NCBI GenBank assembly: GCA_026992735.1
Contig: JALWYO010000020.1
Location: 10,054-74,053, forward strand
Source of the DNA: Deltaproteobacteria bacterium
Lineage (GTDB): Bacteria; Desulfobacterota; Dissulfuribacteria; Dissulfuribacterales; QOAL01
Length of the DNA stretch: 64,000 nucleotides
Direction: 5' to 3'
The notes under the pieces were generated by a model. The model was not told the origin of the DNA. It saw nothing but the letters and a program-made list of their open reading frames with translations, and searched no databases. Shown here piece by piece: positions 1 to 9,170 of the stretch (position 1 is its first letter; the number at the start of each line of letters is the position of its first letter). The translations under genes and the position numbers were made by a program.

Positions 1-175
1 CCACCATGGCAGCGCCCAGATTGAATCCTGTCACGTCATGAACAAAGACCGCACCGCAAGTACACATGCCATATTCAAAATCTCCCCGGCGCATGGGCTC
101 CATTTCTTTGGGGCGTTCCAGCCTGGCATTACAAAAAGGACAGCGAGGCTCAATAATATCATAACCTGAAGCCAT
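1..175 (-). CDS. small Cys-pair (zinc-ribbon-like) protein, N-terminal part only; gene runs off the left edge
   Basis: ATG at 175-173, 18 nt downstream of the TPR gene stop. Reads MASGYDIIEPRCPFCNARLERPKEMEPMRRGDFEYGMCTCGAVFVHDVTG... Absent from the ORF track because it is edge-truncated. Confidence 0.35.
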   Translation of the reverse strand, partial: MASGYDIIEPRCPFCNARLERPKEMEPMRRGDFEYGMCTCGAVFVHDVTGFNLGAAMV

Positions 176-193
176 AAATATACTCCCGGCCTG

Positions 194-829
194 TCAGTCT
201 GTGCTGGAATTAAGCTTGGCCTCAAAATCAGGGTGCACCGGGTAACCAAGCTGCTTTGCCCTCGATGCCGCTTCAGCGGCCTTCTTGATGTCCCCCTTGT
301 AAAAATAGGCAACTGCCAGATTATTAAAGGCCAGCCCGAACTCCGGTGCAAGACTGGTTGCCTTTTCCGCTGACTCTACAGCCTTGTCGTATTCTTTCAG
401 CTCCACCATAACAGTTGCATAATTGGTAAGGGCCGGCACCATATCGGGCTTCTCTTCAAGGGCCTTTTCAAAGTATTCTGCTGCCTCTGACCACTTACCA
501 AGCTGAAGGTAGGCAGAACCGATATTCGCCATGGCCTCTGCAGCGGCAGGATGTGCCTTCAGGGCCTCCTTGTTTTCCCTTATCCCTTCCTCTAACCTTC
601 CGAGCTGAAAAAAGAGCGTGCCCAGGTTTATCCTGATTTCAAACGAGGCTGGATCTATCTGCAGTGCCTTTTGAAACTCGCCTATGGCATCATCTGACCT
701 GCCTGCCTTCCAGTAGGCAAGGGCAAGCCGGTGATGGGCTACCACCGAGTTCTTATTTTCTGCCAGTTCTTTCTCAAGATCCTGTATTATTTTATCAAGC
801 TCACCTGATTTTATGGGGTTTTTAGCCAT
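194..829 (-). CDS. tetratricopeptide (TPR) repeat protein
   Basis: Repeated 34-aa A..Y...G....A...F..AL motifs. Start chosen at MAKNPIK (ATG 829) because AGGAGG lies 5-10 nt upstream; the track ORF extends to 871. Confidence 0.8.
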   Translation of the reverse strand: MAKNPIKSGELDKIIQDLEKELAENKNSVVAHHRLALAYWKAGRSDDAIGEFQKALQIDPASFEIRINLGTLFFQLGRLEEGIRENKEALKAHPAAAEAMANIGSAYLQLGKWSEAAEYFEKALEEKPDMVPALTNYATVMVELKEYDKAVESAEKATSLAPEFGLAFNNLAVAYFYKGDIKKAAEAASRAKQLGYPVHPDFEAKLNSSTD

Positions 830-984
830 TATTCCTCCTGACATTCCACCATCTTGGATGGACATTAGCAATCTTTTTTAATATCCTACACTGCTATCAG
901 CATAGAAGAATTACAAAATTAACATAAAAATTCGAAATTCCTACATACCCGGGTGACTTATTTCCAATCTCAGGGGCGCCAGCC

Positions 985-1203
985 ATGATAAAAAATATAT
1001 TGAATGAATCAGCGAACAAGAATAAGGAAAGGGATTTAAACTGCATCCTGTGTGGCAGCCCAGCCAAACTTAAAGGCCGCTGAGCCAATGCTACCGTGAC
1101 CTGCAGGTCTTGCGGCGTCGAACTCCCTGCCTCACAGTACCGGGATCAGATTGACGAGATGAAGGATAAGTTGATCTGCGAATTTAATCAAGAACAAAAC
1201 TAA
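985..1203 (+). CDS. candidate 72-codon zinc-ribbon protein with in-frame TGA (possible selenocysteine) or disrupted pseudogene
   Basis: ATG 985 ... CILCGSPAKLKGR-TGA(1081)-ANATVTCRSCGVELPASQYRDQIDEMKDKLICEFNQEQN-TAA 1201. The CxxC...CxxC pair is split by the TGA. A hairpin at 1094-1115 starts 10 nt after the TGA. The ORF ends in the terminator at 1202-1229. Confidence 0.3.
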
Positions 1204-1229
1204 ACAGGCAGCCTAAAGGCTGCCTGTTT
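1202..1229. terminator. bidirectional intrinsic terminator between the small + strand ORF and dsrP
   Basis: Perfect 12-bp stem AAACAGGCAGCC / GGCTGCCTGTTT with TAAA loop. A/T runs lie on both sides, between convergent genes. Confidence 0.7.
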
Positions 1230-1252
1230 ATAATAATTCCTGTTGCAGAAGA

Positions 1253-2413
1253 TCAGATACGCTGTTCTTCTTCCCTTACCGATACCGCAACCTTGTACAA
1301 TATCGTCAGAATCAATCCTCCCACAGCCCATATTGCAGTGGCTATCGTTATTTCAGGGAAGGTAGGATGGTACTCTGTTATAACCTCGAGAGGGTTAGGC
1401 ACGAAACCGCCAATGACCAACCCGACACCCTTGTCTATCCAGGTAGCGAGAAATACGCAGGCACATCCTATCGCAAGCCATAAAGGATTACGCCTGATAG
1501 GAGGAACCAGCAGGATAAATATACCAGCCAAGCCTATTACTATGCACGCCCTCATGAAAGGCACCAAGTTTCCGTATTCGCCTATTCCCCAGAACAGGTA
1601 CTCCAAGGTAGCTTTATGGCCGGGAATATTACTATAAAAGGCCGTGAAAAACTCCATGCCCATGAAGAAAAAGTTCACGATCATGGCATAGCAAATAGTC
1701 CTGGCAACATTCTGAAGCGCATCCTCACCTGCATCAAACTTGGTCACCTTTCTTAAAAAGAGAAGAAGCATGACAAGCAGAGAAGGACCTGCTGCAAAGG
1801 CGGATGCCAGAAAACGAGGGGCCATGATGGCTGTCAGCCAGAAATGACGGCCTGGAAGACCTGCATACAGAAATGCCGTAACCGTATGGATACTGATGGC
1901 CCATGGTATAGAAAGATATATAACCGGCTTTACCCACCGTGGACAGGGCAGACCCTTCTTGTCTGCAAGAAGGGTATTGTACCCACAGATGATGTTGATC
2001 AGCAGGTAGCCATTGAGCACGATCATGTCATAGAAGAGCATTGAATGAGGCGTGGGATGAAGCACCACGTTCATCATCCTCATGGGCTGCCCAATATCCA
2101 CTACAATAAAAAGCAGGCACATGATTACCGCAGCTATGGCAATAAACTCCCCAAAGACCACCACCTTTGCATACTTGGTATAATGATGGAGATACTTTGG
2201 AATGACCAGCATGACAGCACCTGCTGCCACACCAACGAAGTATGTAAACTGGGCGATATAAACGCCCCAGGAGATGTCCCTGCTCATTCCGGTGATACCC
2301 AAACCTACTTTCAACTGGTAAAGGTAGGCAATGAACCCGGCCCCGATTATACAGAGGAGAAATATCACCCATCCCCAGTAAACAGATGATCCTTTTAATG
2401 CCTTTTCAATCAT
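1253..2413 (-). CDS. dsrP: DsrP, NrfD/PsrC-family integral membrane quinone-interacting subunit of DsrMKJOP
   Basis: 386 aa, about 10 predicted TM helices. Last gene of the M-K-J-O-P order. Confidence 0.85.
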   Translation of the reverse strand: MIEKALKGSSVYWGWVIFLLCIIGAGFIAYLYQLKVGLGITGMSRDISWGVYIAQFTYFVGVAAGAVMLVIPKYLHHYTKYAKVVVFGEFIAIAAVIMCLLFIVVDIGQPMRMMNVVLHPTPHSMLFYDMIVLNGYLLINIICGYNTLLADKKGLPCPRWVKPVIYLSIPWAISIHTVTAFLYAGLPGRHFWLTAIMAPRFLASAFAAGPSLLVMLLLFLRKVTKFDAGEDALQNVARTICYAMIVNFFFMGMEFFTAFYSNIPGHKATLEYLFWGIGEYGNLVPFMRACIVIGLAGIFILLVPPIRRNPLWLAIGCACVFLATWIDKGVGLVIGGFVPNPLEVITEYHPTFPEITIATAIWAVGGLILTILYKVAVSVREEEQRI

Positions 2414-2425
2414 GATGACCTCACA

Positions 2426-3247
2426 CTATATCAGGTAAAAAACTGATGGTTTGGTTCCAAGTTCCAGCTTGCGACGCAGGGATACTCTCTCCCGTAGGAT
2501 CTTTCGCACGTTGGAATTCTCGTCTGCCAGATTTCCAAAATGCATAACATCCGGGCAGGCCTCCACGCACCCCGGCTTCTTGCCTTCAGCAAGGCGCTCC
2601 ACACAGAAGTTGCACTTTTCTACTACGCCGCGCATCCTGGTTGGAAATCTCTTGTTGAGTTTTCTGCCCTTGGCCATTTCCTTCTTGAGCATCACTCTGG
2701 GATCCAACCAGTTGAAACTCCGGGAACCGTAGGGACAGGCAGCCATGCAGAACCTGCAGCCAATGCACCTGTGATAATCCTGCGCCACTATGCCGTCCGG
2801 ACGCCTGAATGTAGCCTCAACCGGGCAGACCCTGGCGCATGGCGGCTCGTCGCAGTGGTTGCACATGAGCAGGAAAGGCGAATGCTCCAGTATCTCGTCA
2901 TACTCATTATAGCTGTCTGGAAACGCATGTTCAAATTCGTCTTCCCATATCCACTTTATCTCGTTCTTGGGATCTCCCCAGTTAGGCACATTGTGAAGAT
3001 GATGGCACGTATGAACTATCTTCTCTGCCTTTTCCCTGGTAAGGGCCTTTATGTCAATCAACATGGCAAGACGTGTCTTAGGCCCAGTCTCTTCGGCCTT
3101 TTCATGGTGTTCACCATGATGATGTCCATGTTCCATCTCTGCATCAACCCGTCCCGGCTTGAGCAGCTCAAAGGCACCGCTACTGCCAAGCCCAACAAGC
3201 GTTGAAAGACCAGCTACTTTTAAAAATTTTCTTCTATCCATGCTCAT
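2426..3247 (-). CDS. dsrO: DsrO, periplasmic (Tat-exported) FeS ferredoxin-like subunit
   Basis: Twin-arginine signal MDRRKFLKVAG. Cys clusters CNHCDEPPCARVCP and CIGCRFCMAACP. ATGA overlap with the dsrJ stop. Confidence 0.85.
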   Translation of the reverse strand: MSMDRRKFLKVAGLSTLVGLGSSGAFELLKPGRVDAEMEHGHHHGEHHEKAEETGPKTRLAMLIDIKALTREKAEKIVHTCHHLHNVPNWGDPKNEIKWIWEDEFEHAFPDSYNEYDEILEHSPFLLMCNHCDEPPCARVCPVEATFRRPDGIVAQDYHRCIGCRFCMAACPYGSRSFNWLDPRVMLKKEMAKGRKLNKRFPTRMRGVVEKCNFCVERLAEGKKPGCVEACPDVMHFGNLADENSNVRKILRERVSLRRKLELGTKPSVFYLI

Positions 3248-3642
3248 AGCTTGCTCCCATTTGGATCATAATGGCAATCCCAGCAATAGGGCTGCACTGC
3301 TGCATAATTGTGGCACTTGTCGCAGAAATCCTTCTTGTTTGAATGGCATTTCATGCAAGTGTTCTGCAGACTGATCCAGATCTTTTTGCCTTCCTTGTTT
3401 ACATACCACCTGTTGCCATCTCTAAGGGCCTGGTCCCGCCAGTCATTGAGAAACTGCATGTGTGTGGTAATCATAAATTGGGTATCTTCAACACACTTTT
3501 TCTCTGGCAGTGCCTTTATGGCAGGAGTATCCAGACTGGGCTTAGGCTTAGGCGCTGGAGACCCGTGGTCATATATGAAGGGAAAGAGAAAAATCCCTGC
3601 AAAGATGAGCAATCCGATTATAACTTTACCTGAATCATACAT
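3244..3642 (-). CDS. dsrJ: DsrJ, periplasmic triheme cytochrome c
   Basis: 132 aa with an N-terminal anchor/signal and three CxxCH motifs (CMKCH, CDKCH, CWDCH), plus an extra conserved Cys (KKCVED). Confidence 0.85.
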   Translation of the reverse strand: MYDSGKVIIGLLIFAGIFLFPFIYDHGSPAPKPKPSLDTPAIKALPEKKCVEDTQFMITTHMQFLNDWRDQALRDGNRWYVNKEGKKIWISLQNTCMKCHSNKKDFCDKCHNYAAVQPYCWDCHYDPNGSKL

Positions 3643-5254
3643 CTTCTGTTACCTCCCCTCTTCCTGGAATCGGTTCACCTCGCAGGTTAAGACTTCGATC
3701 ATTTTCCCCTTCCATGATCAATGCATTGGCAACCAACTCCGAGACTCCACAGACATCCACTCCTGGCACCCAGTATTCCATGGAAGCGGGAAGAACCGCT
3801 CTGTCAATGGCGCATACACAGGAGAGCATGTTTACCCCGAAACGCTCATGGACATACTTGACTGCATTGGCCCTGGGTAATCCGCCCCTCAGCCTGAGTT
3901 CCATGTCCTCACCTGCATTCAGACCCGCACCGCTTCCACAGCAGAAGGTCTGTTCCCTGATGGTATTCTCAGGCATGTCATAAAAATTATTACATACGTT
4001 CTTGATCACATACCTGGGCTCCTCGAACATGCCCATGCCACGGGAGGGATTGCAGGAGTCATGATATGTCACCTTCAAATGGTCATTCCTGCTGGGGTCC
4101 AGCTTAAGCTTGTTGTGCTTTATTAGGTCAGCAGTGAATTCTGTAAGGTGGACCATCTTGGCCGACTTGGCGTTTTCAAACTTGGTACCAGTAATAGGAG
4201 ATACCGGTTCTTCAAGGAAATCCGGGGGACCGTTGAAGGTGTTCATGTACTGATGGACCACGCGCCACATGTGCCCACACTCACCACCGAGTATCCACTT
4301 GACGCCCAGTCTCTTGGCCTCCGCATATATCTTTGCATTCAGCCGCTGGGCCATATCCAGGGAGGTAAAGAAACCGAAGTTTCCTCCCTCACTGTTATAG
4401 GTACTCCAGGTATAATCAAGCCCTATGTGCTCAAAAAGCATCAGATAACCCGCCAGGGTAAAAATGCCTGGCTCTGCGAATACGTCACCAGATGGCGTGG
4501 TGAACAGTATTTCCGCTCCCTTCTTGTTGAAGGGTGGATCGATCTTGATGCCCACGAACTCCTCGATATCCATGCACATGAACTCTATGTTCTGTTTGAA
4601 GGTATGAGGCAACAGGCCGAGATGGTTACCCGTCTCATAACAGTTGGCAACAGGCTCCTGTATCCAGTTTATGTTTAGACCAAACAGGTTGAGGAGTTCC
4701 CGGCCGATTATGGTGACTTCAGCTGTATCTATACCGTATGGACAGAAAAGAGAACAGCGGCGGCACTCCGTACACTGAAACATATAGTACCAGATCTCTT
4801 TCAGCACATCCTCGGTAATCTTCCTACCACCGGCGAGACGCCCAAGTATCTTGCCAGCCTTTGTAAACTCACCCCTGTAAACCGACCTTATGAGCTCGGC
4901 CCTTACCACAGGCATGTTCTTGGGATCGCCAGATCCCAGGAAAAAGTGACACTTGTCAGCGCATGCTCCGCACCGTACGCATATATCCATGAATATTTTG
5001 AAGGAACGATGCTTATCGAGCCTTTCCCTCATCCCTTCCAGGAAAGTCTCCTTCCAGTCCTCGGGAAGCCCCCAGTCTTCCTCCACGGGGCTCCAGACGT
5101 GCCCATTGGGCATCCCGACAATTTCTACCTTTTCCGGCTTGGCAGGATAACAGTAGATGCCCGGCTTAATAACAGTGGGAATGTCCATCCAGTCCCTTGT
5201 TGGGGGACGGAGGTCAATCCGCATCATTTCTTGAGGTGTCAATTCTTTTGCCAT
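3635..5254 (-). CDS. dsrK: DsrK, HdrD-like catalytic FeS subunit with CCG domain
   Basis: 539 aa. Ferredoxin motifs CVRCGACADKC and CTECRRCSLFC. C-terminal CCG motif (TFCCGSGAG). Confidence 0.9.
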   Translation of the reverse strand: MAKELTPQEMMRIDLRPPTRDWMDIPTVIKPGIYCYPAKPEKVEIVGMPNGHVWSPVEEDWGLPEDWKETFLEGMRERLDKHRSFKIFMDICVRCGACADKCHFFLGSGDPKNMPVVRAELIRSVYRGEFTKAGKILGRLAGGRKITEDVLKEIWYYMFQCTECRRCSLFCPYGIDTAEVTIIGRELLNLFGLNINWIQEPVANCYETGNHLGLLPHTFKQNIEFMCMDIEEFVGIKIDPPFNKKGAEILFTTPSGDVFAEPGIFTLAGYLMLFEHIGLDYTWSTYNSEGGNFGFFTSLDMAQRLNAKIYAEAKRLGVKWILGGECGHMWRVVHQYMNTFNGPPDFLEEPVSPITGTKFENAKSAKMVHLTEFTADLIKHNKLKLDPSRNDHLKVTYHDSCNPSRGMGMFEEPRYVIKNVCNNFYDMPENTIREQTFCCGSGAGLNAGEDMELRLRGGLPRANAVKYVHERFGVNMLSCVCAIDRAVLPASMEYWVPGVDVCGVSELVANALIMEGENDRSLNLRGEPIPGRGEVTEDV

Positions 5255-5272
5255 GATATCTCTTCCCTTTAT

Positions 5273-6268
5273 TTATTCTCTCTCCAAAGGTAATCCAGCC
5301 TCTTTCATATAATCCCTATACATATCCTCATACTCTTCATATGAATGGAACTTAGGTGGCTTCCGCCACGGATTTTCATGATATGCCATCCTGTTGGTGT
5401 TGGCCAGATTCCTGGTGGGACTCATGAATACACCTCCCATGTGCATTAGCTTACTGAACGGGAAATAGGCCAGCAGTGTACTCACCAAGGCTATATGCAC
5501 GAAAAAGATTGCTCCGATTCCTTCAGGCATGACAGGATGAAAACTTGCAATGCCAGTTGCAAGGGCCTTTACAGCCGTAATATCAACTCTATACACAAAA
5601 CGCATCAGCAGGCCTGAGATGACTATGCCAAGAATAAGAAAGAGCGGAAAATAATCTGCAACAAGAGACATAAATCTCATCTTAGGCAGGCATAGACGGC
5701 GAATCAGGAGGCCGGTAACACATAACAGGATAAATATATCCGTTAAATAAATTGGAGGAATGCCAATCTGGAACATCCCGTCCACAGCATCCAAGGTCTC
5801 AACAAATCCGGGAACAGGCTGCACAAAAAGCCTGAGATGACGAATAGCAATAATAAGAAAGGAATAATGGAACCCAAGGGCCAGAAGCCAGAGCCACTTG
5901 GTGGGATGATGTATCAGCCAGCCTGACCTAAGGTCTGTCCTCATATTCCTGAAAAGAGACCTGAAGCAGCAAACCTCGAAAAACATCCTCATGATCACTC
6001 CGCCCGTGGTGCTCGGGTTATCTATCTTCGACCACTTGATCCACGGAAGAGAGAATTCCTGACCACCTGTAGTGGGAATGCGAAATGGTACAGGAGACTT
6101 CGCCCAGTTGACCACCTTGAGGATAAAACCTACAAGAAAGATGGCAAAGGCCACGTAAGGCAATGCCACTCCGATCAACGGCCTAAGACCAGGCACTGAT
6201 GCGCCTATCAAGGCCGCTATTACAATCCCTACTACTGCCCCGAATGCCACAATGATACGCGTTATCAT
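5273..6268 (-). CDS. dsrM: DsrM, NarI-like membrane dihaem cytochrome b
   Basis: 331 aa, multi-TM. First gene of the M-K-J-O-P order, with tight spacing to dsrK. Confidence 0.85.
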   Translation of the reverse strand: MITRIIVAFGAVVGIVIAALIGASVPGLRPLIGVALPYVAFAIFLVGFILKVVNWAKSPVPFRIPTTGGQEFSLPWIKWSKIDNPSTTGGVIMRMFFEVCCFRSLFRNMRTDLRSGWLIHHPTKWLWLLALGFHYSFLIIAIRHLRLFVQPVPGFVETLDAVDGMFQIGIPPIYLTDIFILLCVTGLLIRRLCLPKMRFMSLVADYFPLFLILGIVISGLLMRFVYRVDITAVKALATGIASFHPVMPEGIGAIFFVHIALVSTLLAYFPFSKLMHMGGVFMSPTRNLANTNRMAYHENPWRKPPKFHSYEEYEDMYRDYMKEAGLPLERE

Positions 6269-6284
6269 CTCTACTCCTCTTTAC

Positions 6285-6941
6285 TTAATGTTGAGTTTTT
6301 CCCTTTTCCAGCTTTTCAAGGTGTTGCTTGCCTCTTCGCAACATATAAGAAGGACACATACCTCCCTGGAGGATATATGGCCGTTGCAACAGGTCATTGC
6401 GCTTTATCTCCCAGACCTTTTCCCTGCACTCCATAAATACATCAAAGGCAAGGAGCGCAAGCTGGTCAATTTTAGACTCGAACACCAGATATCTCTTGAA
6501 GAGCTGCTGCTCAAGGATATCATCCATCAGTTCCATCCTGATGACGTCCTTAAGAGCAAACATGATATGAAGTGCACCTGCAGGGGTAAAGTCCTGAACT
6601 GCCCTTACCCTGATTAGTTGATCCAGAGCATTCTTTGTAACTTCCGGATCTGGCTCTCCAATAAGCTGATCAAATACAGACCATACAGAGCCTTCAATAG
6701 ATGCACCTATGGGATTTGCAAACCTGTTTCTCTGAGATTTCAGGAATTCCGCGGTTTCAGGAGGATAGGAATGCCGGATGGCCTTTATCCATGTCTTGAC
6801 TATCCGCTCCCTTTTCTGCTCAAGAAGGTCAACGAGCCTCTTGTCCTCGGCCTTCCATTCCAGCTTGTGTTTTTCCTGAAAGTCCAGAGGATTTAGATTA
6901 TCTAAAAATTTCTTGAGCTTTGAATCAAAAATGTTCCCCAC
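6285..6941 (-). CDS. RsbRD_N-domain protein immediately upstream of dsrM (possibly DsrT)
   Basis: 218 aa soluble protein 16 nt upstream of dsrM. N-terminal region (RERIVKTWIKAIRHSYPPETAEFLKSQRNRFANPIG) resembles the RsbRD N-terminal domain from memory. The DsrT assignment is inferred from position only. Confidence 0.6.
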   Translation of the reverse strand: MGNIFDSKLKKFLDNLNPLDFQEKHKLEWKAEDKRLVDLLEQKRERIVKTWIKAIRHSYPPETAEFLKSQRNRFANPIGASIEGSVWSVFDQLIGEPDPEVTKNALDQLIRVRAVQDFTPAGALHIMFALKDVIRMELMDDILEQQLFKRYLVFESKIDQLALLAFDVFMECREKVWEIKRNDLLQRPYILQGGMCPSYMLRRGKQHLEKLEKGKTQH

Positions 6942-7045
6942 TGAATCCTCCTATGTCATAAAGAAAGCAGGGTATTAGTTAAGCTGAATTTCACTCCCTC
7001 CCGGCAGAAATGATTAATGAATGACCATTCAGCTAAGATAGAGTA

Positions 7046-7074
7046 TCTATAGACAAAAAGAGTTTGTGTGTCAA
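7046..7074 (-). promoter_or_regulatory. sigma70-type promoter candidate for the RsbRD_N-dsrMKJOP operon
   Basis: Minus strand reads TTGACA (7074-7069), a 17-nt spacer, then TATAGA (7051-7046), about 105 nt upstream of ATG 6941. Confidence 0.5.
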
Positions 7075-7256
7075 GTCACTAATTGGAAATCCTAACATGA
7101 TTTTTGTGAATTTTCATAAGTGCTTGTTCCTTTTTTTTGAATTTATAGTAGGTTAGACAACCCAGCAGCTTCGTGAATTAATTTACCTGCTGCTGCAGTG
7201 TGCTGAAAAAGCTTCCGGACAGCTTTCTTCGTTTAAAAAGGAGCCTGGATTGAAAA

Positions 7257-8996
7257 ATGAGAATACTGCTTGTAAATCCCTATTGCCTGGACCAGAGGAT
7301 ACAGGATTATGATATCCGGGTGCCTCCTATAGGATTGTACTATATAGCAGCATGCCTGATTGAGGCAGGGCATGAATGTTCCATACTCAATCTCTGGAAC
7401 AAACAGGGACAACCGCAGCTTGTAAGGTCTGAGATACGCAGGTTCAATCCCGACCTGGTAGGCGTATCCATCCTGCATGCAACCCGCTGGGGAGGCATCG
7501 ACATAGCCCGGATCACCAAGGCAGTCTTCCCAGAAGTCCCTGTAGTATTTGGAGGGCCTGGCGCTACTTTTCTATGGCATCATCTCCTGACGCATTTCCC
7601 AGAGCTGGACTATATAGTTCTCGGGGAAGGAGAACTTACCATACTGAGGCTGGCTGAATTGCTCCAGCATGACAGAAAGACCGAGATCCCAGCCCTGCCT
7701 GGCCTGGCCTTCAGACAGGGAGGAAAGCCTGAAAAAAATGATCCGCCAGATTTTATAAAAGACCTGGATAGCCTTCCTGATCCATCCAGATATTTCAAAT
7801 TCCAGCATATTATTTCCTCCAGAGGATGCCCATGGAACTGCGCCTTCTGCGGATCTCCGCGGATATGGAAACGCAAGGTCAGGTTTCACAGCCCTTCATA
7901 TTTTGTTGATCAGATAGAAAATCTCTACAGGGCAGGAACCAGCTTCTTTTATATATCAGACGATACATTTACCCTGAAAAAAGAACGCGTAATACAGATA
8001 TGCAAACTGATACTGGAAAGGAAGCTCGATATAAGCTGGGCCGCTATTTCAAGGGTCAACAATATAGATGAAGACATCCTGTACTGGATGCGGCGTGCGG
8101 GCTGCACACAAATAAGTTACGGCGTAGAAAGCGGCTCTCCAAAAATAAGGAAGGCCCTGAACAAAAATCTTAAAAACAGTCAGATTCATCAGGCATTCGA
8201 GATAACGGCATCGCATGGCATCATGCCCAGGGCATATATCATATATGGTTCACCTGGCGAAACCAGGAAAACCATAACTGAAACCATCAGGCTAATGGAG
8301 CGGATAAGGCCATTGAGCGCGATATTCTATATCCTGGATATCTTTCCAGGCACTGCTCTTTACGACATTTTCAAAAAGAATACCGGTGTCAATGACGATA
8401 TCTGGCTGAAACGCATCGAAGACATCATGTATTTCCAGACAGATCCATCTTTGAGCCAGGATACCGTACTGGAATTTGGTAAAAGACTGAGAAAGGCATT
8501 TTACAGAAATCTGCCCAAATTTGCAGACTCGATCAAACTGGTTAAACACCAGGAACTGTATCCTCTGCATGCAGACTTTCTCTCCAGACTGGCAATGACC
8601 TTTGCCTTCGGAGACTATTCAAGGATAAAGGATATTCCAGCCTCGGACGCAGTGGCCGAAAGGCTCTTTAACAGATCACTGCAATATGTGCCAGACCACC
8701 GGGCATTCCTCGGCCTTGGCATGCTGCTCCAAAGGAGAGGGAAACACAGAGATGTAATAGAAATTCTCAAGAAAGGACTCAAGCATTTCCCAGAGTCTCC
8801 GGACCTGCAGGTGTGTCTTGGCGTCAGTCTTATGAATACAGGCAGACTGGAACAGGCCCTTGAGCTTTTTATTAAAAATCCTTCCAACAGCCAGGCCGGG
8901 AAGTATGCAGAATATTGCAGACAACTGATCAGGAACAGCAGAACTTCCCAGAATACACCTGGAAAGTTTCCACAGAATATACTGCACAAAAGATAG
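7257..8996 (+). CDS. B12-binding-domain radical SAM protein with C-terminal TPR region
   Basis: N-terminal MRILLVNPY... B12-binding-like fold. Radical SAM motif CPWNCAFC. The C-terminal ~130 aa have TPR-like repeats. Confidence 0.8.
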   Translation: MRILLVNPYCLDQRIQDYDIRVPPIGLYYIAACLIEAGHECSILNLWNKQGQPQLVRSEIRRFNPDLVGVSILHATRWGGIDIARITKAVFPEVPVVFGGPGATFLWHHLLTHFPELDYIVLGEGELTILRLAELLQHDRKTEIPALPGLAFRQGGKPEKNDPPDFIKDLDSLPDPSRYFKFQHIISSRGCPWNCAFCGSPRIWKRKVRFHSPSYFVDQIENLYRAGTSFFYISDDTFTLKKERVIQICKLILERKLDISWAAISRVNNIDEDILYWMRRAGCTQISYGVESGSPKIRKALNKNLKNSQIHQAFEITASHGIMPRAYIIYGSPGETRKTITETIRLMERIRPLSAIFYILDIFPGTALYDIFKKNTGVNDDIWLKRIEDIMYFQTDPSLSQDTVLEFGKRLRKAFYRNLPKFADSIKLVKHQELYPLHADFLSRLAMTFAFGDYSRIKDIPASDAVAERLFNRSLQYVPDHRAFLGLGMLLQRRGKHRDVIEILKKGLKHFPESPDLQVCLGVSLMNTGRLEQALELFIKNPSNSQAGKYAEYCRQLIRNSRTSQNTPGKFPQNILHKR

Positions 8997-9050
8997 GAGA
9001 AAAAATAATATTTAATATCAAAATTGAGTATTTTCTCAATAAAACAAGGT

Positions 9051-9108
9051 TAATGATTTTGGATTAATTTCAACTCAGCAAAAGCTTGTTTAACACGAAA
9101 TACGAAGG
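9051..9108. repeat. interspersed repeat family B, truncated copy
   Basis: TAATGATTTTGGATTAATTTCAACTCAGCAAAAGCTTGTTTAACACGAAATACGAAGG matches 42153-42211 at roughly 53 of 58 positions. Confidence 0.7.
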
Positions 9109-9114
9109 TTTAAG

Positions 9115-9141
9115 TTGACAATGGTCCCTGCAGTCTATAAT
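9115..9141 (+). promoter_or_regulatory. sigma70-type promoter candidate for the CbiA/DsrN-like gene
   Basis: Consensus TTGACA (9115-9120) and TATAAT (9136-9141), but only a 15-nt spacer. It abuts the end of repeat B. Confidence 0.35.
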
Positions 9142-9170
9142 AAATATTTCACAATAGTGAATCACTGGAC

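Noticed and set aside
897-1088. 63-aa minus-strand ORF in the dsrP-TPR intergenic region.
   Set aside because: It has no RBS and a hydrophobic low-complexity sequence, and it overlaps the more structured + strand zinc-ribbon frame. I judged it spurious.
2540-3205. Long + strand ORFs opposite minus-strand genes. Examples are 2540-3205, 4148-4678, 13512-14054, 14384-15127, 22235-22753, 23223-23780, 34540-35319, 35335-36309 and 38089-39042.
   Set aside because: Each lies entirely antisense to a well-supported conserved gene (dsrO, dsrK, tyrS, rny, atpA, atpF, RND, TolC). They have low-complexity or Arg/Ser/Pro-rich composition and no RBS, so they are shadow ORFs.
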